DNA from: a virus
Lineage: Duplodnaviria > Caudoviricetes
DNA length: 64,000 nucleotides
IMG/VR virus record: IMGVR_UViG_3300010354_005141
Coordinates: 1,143-65,142 of that record
Reading direction: 5' to 3' (one strand)
A program made the translations under genes and the position numbers. The notes under the pieces are model-generated. The model searched no databases and had not been told where the DNA came from. It saw only the letters and a program-made list of their open reading frames with translations. This document shows positions 58,733 to 64,000 of the stretch, piece by piece (position 1 is the first letter of the stretch; every line of letters begins with the position of its first letter).

Positions 58733-59463
58733 CAGCAGAAGATATTGTCAAAATACCCTATACCACACACCCTGGAATGCGCCGTCGTACAGGGCCATTA
58801 TACACGGCCAATCCAGACCCTAGAGTACTGGCCAGCAAACAACAGGAAGATCTTTTATGGGGCCATGACCTATGGGGTCAAATCAAGGGCAGCGAACCCT
58901 TGGTATGGCTAGCTGCCAGCAGGCTGGGTCACTGCACAGACGCAATACAAGAGTTGGCCATGACTCGGGAAGAAGATCTAGCCATAGTAGAAGGGGGTCG
59001 ATTAGTGGCCATAGCCTTCTATCACCCTTCGGGTTTTGTACCCCAAAAGTACCTGGGCTGGCCACTAGAAGACATACATCGCAAGGTAGCTGACAGTGAT
59101 CTATTAGTACGAGCCACACCCAAAATAGCACAGGCCCTAACAGAGCAGGCCTGGCAGCGCACAGTTTGGACTGTGACCCAAGACCCAAGGTTAAGCAACC
59201 ACCCCAATAGAACTAAACCGACAGCAGCCCAAAGTCTAGACGATCTCTATGTGCGTTGGGAGCTACAGACCACAGAACCCTTGAATCACAACTCAGCACT
59301 GTTCCTAGTTAGAGTTCGAGTAGAGCCCTTAAAGAATTGGCCCTTAGATCTAATTACAGCCAGCATAAACTCAATGTCAGAAGCAGTATTAGACTATAAG
59401 AACTTGCGGGCTATCAAAAGTTTAATAAACCGCGAAGCGGCAGCGGTCAGCCAAATGATTTGA
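58726..59463 (+). CDS. DUF3445 / heme-dependent oxidative N-demethylase alpha-like protein
   Basis: EEDLAIV...LVAIAFYHPSGFVPQKYLG.PL..IH..V; WQRTVW; YVRWELQT. Confidence 0.65.
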   Translation: MVTAEDIVKIPYTTHPGMRRRTGPLYTANPDPRVLASKQQEDLLWGHDLWGQIKGSEPLVWLAASRLGHCTDAIQELAMTREEDLAIVEGGRLVAIAFYHPSGFVPQKYLGWPLEDIHRKVADSDLLVRATPKIAQALTEQAWQRTVWTVTQDPRLSNHPNRTKPTAAQSLDDLYVRWELQTTEPLNHNSALFLVRVRVEPLKNWPLDLITASINSMSEAVLDYKNLRAIKSLINREAAAVSQMI

Positions 59464-59496
59464 TCAAACAGCCTAGATCTGTTAATATACACATAT

Positions 59497-59721
59497 ATGA
59501 AACTTGTAGCTGTCATAATCCTAGCACTAACGCAGACGGCGTGTGCAGTGATCTCAGCAGCTAACATAACATCATATTGGGCAACAGAACAAACCCTAAC
59601 AGATCATGCGATGACTCTAGCAGTACCCAATAGTACATGCAGTAGTCTACAGTTGATTAGGGGTCAGTACTATTGCGAAATCAGGGATGTGAGCAAGACT
59701 TATAACCGCAATCCCTTGTAA
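59497..59721 (+). CDS. Small putative lipoprotein
   Basis: Hydrophobic N-terminus ending TAC. Confidence 0.5.
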   Translation: MKLVAVIILALTQTACAVISAANITSYWATEQTLTDHAMTLAVPNSTCSSLQLIRGQYYCEIRDVSKTYNRNPL

Positions 59722-59728
59722 ATACTAG

Positions 59729-59959
59729 ATGGAGCGACAACAACTAATTCTAGAAATATTACACGTCAGCTATAAGATACATCCTGAATATAGTAAAAAC
59801 CAACATTGGGCTTGGACAGCGGGTATACTAGCAGATACTGTATTGGCTAAGAATCACATGGATTCAGTAGTATATGCTAGACTCAATCATAGACTCAACC
59901 AACTGCTGGATCAACCCAAGTATAGAACTGACGGAGCTAAAGGCCCCGCTGTGCGCTAA
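59729..59959 (+). CDS. Hypothetical protein
   Basis: TAAATA 4 nt before the ATG. Confidence 0.5.
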   Translation: MERQQLILEILHVSYKIHPEYSKNQHWAWTAGILADTVLAKNHMDSVVYARLNHRLNQLLDQPKYRTDGAKGPAVR

Positions 59960-59982
59960 TAGCACTAATAGCACTAATAGCA
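59956..59982 (+). repeat. Tandem repeat (CTAATAGCA)x3
   Basis: Read directly; lies at convergent gene ends. Confidence 0.85.
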
Positions 59983-60186
59983 CTAGTAGACAACTAAGTG
60001 CTGATTCCAACGTATAAGCAGATAGTCTAGATACTTGCTGGGTTTGGCATCTATGCGCCATATATAGTAGTGATCATTGACTATGATATAACGACCCAAA
60101 TAGATGTCAATACCATATCTATGACAGTAGTCCCAGATGTCCTGCATGATAGGATTGTCAGACTCTATAGTAATAGCTATACGCAT
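59983..60186 (-). CDS. Small hypothetical protein
   Basis: TAAATA 5 nt before the ATG; ends YLLIRW. Confidence 0.5.
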   Translation of the reverse strand: MRIAITIESDNPIMQDIWDYCHRYGIDIYLGRYIIVNDHYYIWRIDAKPSKYLDYLLIRWNQHLVVY

Positions 60187-60483
60187 GTATATATTTAATT
60201 GTGTTTGAGCAATTGGCCCCGCTGCGGGCTTCTAGCTGTATAGGCTAATATAGAAAAGGCCCCGCTGCGGTCTGATGGGGCCTAGGTACAACGCAGCAGA
60301 TTGGCTAAGAATCTAGTGTATTCAAGAGAGATTAAAGCAGATTAGTAGGCAAATGTGGGAGAATGGCGAGTATTCATTAAAACTATGCCCCTCTAGACCA
60401 CGGTTCCGAATTTTTTTTGACCTTAGGCCGCTGGGCCAGGACCTTGATCTAGACTCTAGACCTAGAATCGGCCACACAAATCT

Positions 60484-60513
60484 GCACTTTTTCACACTTT
60501 TTCGCACTTTTCC
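60484..60513 (+). repeat. 10-bp-phased repeat RCACTTTTYC x3
   Basis: GCACTTTTTC ACACTTTTTC GCACTTTTCC. Confidence 0.75.
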
Positions 60514-60659
60514 AGACCTGTGCCTTGTGCATAGACGCCGATACGCAAGGGCTGGGAATCTAGATTGCACTTTTATACATATAGTATATAATAGCTAATA
60601 TACTGTTACGGATCGGACTGTGTTAAATACTTGTATGCAGTCACAACCGGGGAATCAAT

Positions 60660-60872
60660 ATGGAAGAAAGAATCTGTCTAATAGAATATCCTACTCATGC
60701 TACACGTATACATCAAGTAGGCACCAGTGTTGTATGCTTTAAGCACAATAATAACTGTTGTGACTTCGAAACATTTACTGTTGATAATACAGAAGCAATT
60801 GCGGACTATATAGTCAAACCATTACCAACCAGTTACTGGCGGGTTGCTGTAGGCGAGGATTGCGAGGAATAA
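60660..60872 (+). CDS. Hypothetical protein
   Basis: GGGG RBS-like sequence; TAAATA upstream. Confidence 0.45.
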   Translation: MEERICLIEYPTHATRIHQVGTSVVCFKHNNNCCDFETFTVDNTEAIADYIVKPLPTSYWRVAVGEDCEE

Positions 60873-60983
60873 TTGGAAAAAACCCTATAACCCTAGTGTC
60901 AAGTCGGGTATTTTCTCTGTGGCTTTTTTGCAACAACACGGTGGCGGTCGACGTCCACCCCCACTATGTTCGAACGTGCTAGT

Positions 60984-61012
60984 ATTATAGCACTTTTGGA
61001 TAGTCCAGTCAA
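60984..61012 (-). promoter_or_regulatory. Leftward early-type promoter with no adjacent ORF
   Basis: AAAGACCCTACAG-TTGACT-17 nt-TATAAT with extended -10 TG. Confidence 0.75.
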
Positions 61013-61074
61013 CTGTAGGGTCTTTGCGTTGTGGCTTTAGCGCAACGGACGAGTGCGGCCTAGAAACCCTAAGG

Positions 61075-61103
61075 TTGACTCAAGTACTGTTTGGCGCTAT
61101 AAT
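61075..61103 (+). promoter_or_regulatory. Early promoter cassette 1
   Basis: TTGACT-17-TATAAT. Confidence 0.85.
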
Positions 61104-61128
61104 AATGGAATAGTAAGGAGCACAGGCA

Positions 61129-61449
61129 ATGCGACGCACACCCCGTAAAGACTGCAACTACATCATCTACGAGATGGTGGACTCACGCGGTGAGAACTAC
61201 ATTGGTCTTACCCGCAAAGCCCAACCCAATGTGGACAAGGTGGTTGCAGAGCGCTGGCGCAAGCACAAGAGCCGTGCTCGTAACGAGAACCGCTTGTGGG
61301 CTCTGTATGTCTACTTGAAGACTGGCGGACTGGAACTTACGTGGACTCATCGTGTGCTGGCTATTGTGCGCGGTCGTGCAGAAGCTTATGCCTACGAGCG
61401 TGAACTGGTTAAGGAACTGAAGCCTACACTCAACGATCAATATCTATAA
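61129..61449 (+). CDS. GIY-YIG-like nuclease
   Basis: YIIYEM...YIGLT...RWRKH...ERELV...PTLN. Confidence 0.7.
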   Translation: MRRTPRKDCNYIIYEMVDSRGENYIGLTRKAQPNVDKVVAERWRKHKSRARNENRLWALYVYLKTGGLELTWTHRVLAIVRGRAEAYAYERELVKELKPTLNDQYL

Positions 61450-61458
61450 GGAGCTGAT

Positions 61459-61713
61459 ATGTATACTGTAGAAGTCTACAAGCAGGATCGTAGGACTAAG
61501 AGCGGAGAGCGTCTGGTGCTCAAGCAGGACTACGACACTGACAATCTGTCAATGTTGGAGCACACTGTCAAGCATACATGGCGTGGGCATCGCTATGTGA
61601 TACGGGAAACTTGGGTAACCCGTAAGAACCTGATGAGCGGGCAGGAGTTCAAAGAGCGTTACGATACGCCCTATTTCTGCTCGCCCTCATCAGAAGCCTA
61701 CTGGAGCATGTAA
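61459..61713 (+). CDS. Hypothetical early protein
   Basis: AAGGAG RBS; RKNLMSG...DTPYFCSPSSEAYWSM. Confidence 0.65.
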   Translation: MYTVEVYKQDRRTKSGERLVLKQDYDTDNLSMLEHTVKHTWRGHRYVIRETWVTRKNLMSGQEFKERYDTPYFCSPSSEAYWSM

Positions 61714-61724
61714 AGACCCTACGG

Positions 61725-61753
61725 TTGACTAGGGCTTTGATTGGTGCTATACT
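61725..61753 (+). promoter_or_regulatory. Early promoter cassette 2
   Basis: TTGACT-17-TATACT, extended -10. Confidence 0.85.
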
Positions 61754-61783
61754 GTTGAAACTGTAGCAAACGAAGGAGCTGAC

Positions 61784-61999
61784 ATGCAATATCCAGAGTA
61801 CTTTACCGCAGAGGACATTATGGAATTTGAGTACGAGTACAATCGCTATTTGGATAGGCAGGACCCTAACAGCCTTGTTGCTGTCAACGAGGAACTGCAA
61901 GTGATTGCACACGACGAGCTGGAGCGTGATTGGGACGAGCGTTATGAACCCGACTGCGACAGCTGGTACGATGAACAGTATGAACTTGACTACATCTAA
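61784..61999 (+). CDS. Highly acidic small early protein
   Basis: AAGGAG RBS; D/E/Y-rich. Confidence 0.6.
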   Translation: MQYPEYFTAEDIMEFEYEYNRYLDRQDPNSLVAVNEELQVIAHDELERDWDERYEPDCDSWYDEQYELDYI

Positions 62000-62010
62000 A
62001 GGAGCAACAC

Positions 62011-62283
62011 ATGGACATCAAACAGGTCAACTCAGCTATTATGTTTGGCACTTGGACGGACACTGAACTGTCTAGCATGATTGACGCTATCAAGTTCGCT
62101 AGGGCTAATCTGCAGAAGCAGGTCAAGCGAGGGCTGGCTATTGGCACAGTTGTACAGTTTCACAGCACCAAACGTGGCATCACTGTGCAGGGCACTGTGT
62201 CAAAGATTGCTCAGAAGTACGTTACAGTCAACACCCAGCAAGGTCTGTGGAAAGTGCCTGCTAACATGCTGACCGTGGCGTAA
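62011..62283 (+). CDS. Small SH3-like early protein
   Basis: AAGGAG RBS; GTVVQF...GTVSKI..KYVTV...WKVPANML. Confidence 0.65.
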   Translation: MDIKQVNSAIMFGTWTDTELSSMIDAIKFARANLQKQVKRGLAIGTVVQFHSTKRGITVQGTVSKIAQKYVTVNTQQGLWKVPANMLTVA

Positions 62284-62305
62284 TAGCCACAAGGCGAGTG
62301 CGGGG

Positions 62306-62334
62306 TTGACGGAACCCCCACTCGGTGCTATACT
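62306..62334 (+). promoter_or_regulatory. Early promoter cassette 3
   Basis: TTGACG-17-TATACT, extended -10. Confidence 0.85.
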
Positions 62335-62366
62335 AGAGACTAAGTTAAACAACAGGAGCGAAACTG

Positions 62367-62636
62367 ATGAGCAACTACCCGAACATGAGCTATTGCATGT
62401 GCAACAACACCCTGCTGGCCCTGCGGCAAGTGATGGAAGCAATGGAGAGCGAGGGCCCTATGTTCCTTAAGGAACTGAACAGGGACGAACTGCGCTCCTA
62501 CAAGGAACTGTTTAATGCTTGCGAGAGCTTCCTTACACTTGCAGAGGAACTTGAGGACGAAGCAGAGCGCGAAAGCGAGTGGGACGGACAGCCCGACGAA
62601 GCACAAGAATGGGCAGACTTTGACCCGGACTGCTGA
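62367..62636 (+). CDS. Acidic small early protein
   Basis: AGGAG RBS; C-terminal DGQPDEAQEWADFDPDC. Confidence 0.65.
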   Translation: MSNYPNMSYCMCNNTLLALRQVMEAMESEGPMFLKELNRDELRSYKELFNACESFLTLAEELEDEAERESEWDGQPDEAQEWADFDPDC

Positions 62637-62723
62637 TTAGACAAAGGGGGAGCGGCGAGTGCCTACGGGATGCGCCTGCTCTTAAACGACCATGTGAGGC
62701 GCCCCCAAGCAAAAGCCCTTAGG

Positions 62724-62752
62724 TTGACAAGGGTATTATTTAGTGCTATACT
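62724..62752 (+). promoter_or_regulatory. Early promoter cassette 4
   Basis: TTGACA-17-TATACT, extended -10. Confidence 0.85.
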
Positions 62753-62782
62753 AGAGGCTAAGTTAAACACAAGGAGCGACAC

Positions 62783-62971
62783 ATGTTTAGATTTGATCAC
62801 CGTCAAAGCCGTCCAGTGACCAGCGAGCTGTTGGACATGGCAGAGCAGGGCATGATCGACTGGGAGACCCTGGCACGCGATGCCCTGGGCTGGATGAGCG
62901 AAGCAGAAGTAGCAGAGTTTGCTCGCCGCAACGACTACATCACTGACACTGAGGACGACGAAGATGAGTGA
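62783..62971 (+). CDS. Acidic small early protein
   Basis: AAGGAG RBS. Confidence 0.6.
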   Translation: MFRFDHRQSRPVTSELLDMAEQGMIDWETLARDALGWMSEAEVAEFARRNDYITDTEDDEDE

Positions 62972-63116
62972 AAACAAGCGAATGATCGAAATCGTAGTGC
63001 GTCTTTGGATTGACGAGGACGCAGATGTTATGGAAGTGGTGCAGGACATGGACTACGAGTTCCGTCACCCTGCTATCAAAGACACCTGCATTGAAGACAT
63101 TCTTACGGAGATCTAA
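62964..63116 (+). CDS. Small early protein
   Basis: Start refined to MSENKR; overlaps the upstream gene. Confidence 0.55.
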   Translation: MSENKRMIEIVVRLWIDEDADVMEVVQDMDYEFRHPAIKDTCIEDILTEI

Positions 63117-63117
63117 C

Positions 63118-63492
63118 ATGAATCGCTACTGGGACCAACTAATCCGTTTGGAAGACCGTGAGGGCTTTGAGATTATTGTCGACAAGACCTGGGAAGACAT
63201 TGCCCTGCGTGACTGCTTTGACGACTCATGCTATGATATCAAGGACATGGAACGCAAGGTCAACGACGGCACGCTGGATTGGTTCATGCTGCGTGTTCGT
63301 GCTCTAATAGATGGACACGAGCTGGCCGCAGAGTACTTGGGAGGTTGCTTGTACGAAGATGCCAGCGAAATCCTACGTGACGGTACCGCAGAGGACTTGA
63401 TTGAGACTGCGGTCATAGAAGCCAAGAAGGCTGTCTACCCTCTAATGCGTAAACTGCTAGCCATCAACGCTGATCTCGAAGCTGTGGCGTAA
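63118..63492 (+). CDS. Hypothetical early protein
   Basis: Start refined to MNRYWD (GGAG RBS); YLGGCLY. Confidence 0.6.
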   Translation: MNRYWDQLIRLEDREGFEIIVDKTWEDIALRDCFDDSCYDIKDMERKVNDGTLDWFMLRVRALIDGHELAAEYLGGCLYEDASEILRDGTAEDLIETAVIEAKKAVYPLMRKLLAINADLEAVA

Positions 63493-63530
63493 CTGCCACA
63501 GCACGGGTGCGGGGCCCAAAGACCCTTAGG

Positions 63531-63559
63531 TTGACTTGGGCTTTAGTTTCTGCTATACT
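63531..63559 (+). promoter_or_regulatory. Early promoter cassette 5
   Basis: TTGACT-17-TATACT, extended -10. Confidence 0.85.
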
Positions 63560-63589
63560 GTGTGTATTGTTTAACACAGGAGCGAAACT

Positions 63590-63829
63590 ATGTTGTGCAA
63601 TACACTAGCAAAAGCAAAATTGCAGTTTAACAAAAACTTGCAAATGTACAAAGTTCTTGTTGCATTTAATGTAACAGAAAAAACAAAAAAGGGCACACTT
63701 AAATTTCCTACAGAGAAAAAATGTGCTTATGTTAGCGGGCATATTGAATTGCAGGAACTAGGGCGTGTGCTTAATACTGCACAACAGGTGTTGCGTACAA
63801 GCAACATTATAATTGTAGAAGCAGACTAA
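63590..63829 (+). CDS. Hypothetical early protein
   Basis: AGGAG RBS. Confidence 0.6.
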   Translation: MLCNTLAKAKLQFNKNLQMYKVLVAFNVTEKTKKGTLKFPTEKKCAYVSGHIELQELGRVLNTAQQVLRTSNIIIVEAD

Positions 63830-63854
63830 ACCCTAGGGCTATTAGCACAGCAAG

Positions 63855-63883
63855 TTGACAGCGTGGACTTGCTGTGTTATAAT
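63855..63883 (+). promoter_or_regulatory. Early promoter cassette 6
   Basis: TTGACA-17-TATAAT, extended -10. Confidence 0.88.
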
Positions 63884-63912
63884 TGTTTTTTAGTTAGTAA
63901 ACAGGAGCGAAA

Positions 63913-64000
63913 ATGTTTGCAAGTACTAAACTAGTGCGTAAAATTGTGCGTAGCATTGCTAACGGTGCTGTGTACAATTACAGTTACACAGACAAGACTA
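63913..64000 (+). CDS. Partial early gene (runs off the window)
   Basis: AGGAG RBS; MFASTKLVRKIVRSIANGAVYNYSYTDKT. Confidence 0.55.
   Translation, partial: MFASTKLVRKIVRSIANGAVYNYSYTDKT

Larger units (their letters stand above)
59942..60267 (+). repeat. Three copies of GGCCCCGCTG
   Basis: At 59942, 60215 and 60258. Confidence 0.8.

Noticed and set aside
60322-60598. Overlapping ORFs 60322..60570 (-) and 60353..60598 (+)
   Set aside because: They are mutually antisense, run through DNA repeats and have atypical composition; probably non-coding.
60940-60980. tRNA suggested by GTTCGAAC
   Set aside because: I could not build a cloverleaf, acceptor stem or D arm around it.
59942-63915. CRISPR array from the repeated intergenic motifs
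   Set aside because: The repeats are degenerate, irregularly spaced, separated by whole genes and contain promoter boxes; no cas genes are seen.
1-64000. Bacterial chromosome or alternative genetic code
   Set aside because: Host-like genes are isolated among virion and small phage genes, and conserved genes translate full length with the standard bacterial code.

Overview
This 64 kb window is part of a large lytic dsDNA phage, probably a myovirus (it has a PAAR spike gene) that infects a proteobacterium. Genes from 1 to 48.7 kb lie mostly on the minus strand. They include: a curli-like secretion/sensing locus (csgF, csgG, two curlin-repeat proteins, FecR, partial CHASE2 sensor); heme oxygenase plus a PcyA/PcyX-type bilin reductase; ClpS, Hsp20 and DnaK; ribosomal protein bS21; IscU/IscA; glutaredoxin and NrdAB; ALA synthase (plus strand); and many putative head proteins sharing an N-terminal M-K/R-x-x-E/D/Q-F/I...E peptide. 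From 48.8 kb genes switch to the plus strand: an array of small proteins with a shared C-terminal motif, three adhesin-like paralogs, a repeat-rich junction (59.9-61.0 kb) and an early-type region built from repeated sigma70 promoter cassettes. Signals not explained by the gene list: two identical TCA-AAA-AAA-AAG sites whose -1 frame fuses to the next ORF; ROSE-like RNA thermometers on dnaK and hsp20; a recurrent TAAATA late-promoter-like motif, often only 4-7 nt before the ATG; -35 boxes inside covarying hairpins, with a palindromic operator; two unannotated basic peptides; and complete loss of GAT/ATC in the last 520 nt. I recognised no tRNA, rRNA or CRISPR array. All functional calls come from manual motif recognition, not database searches.
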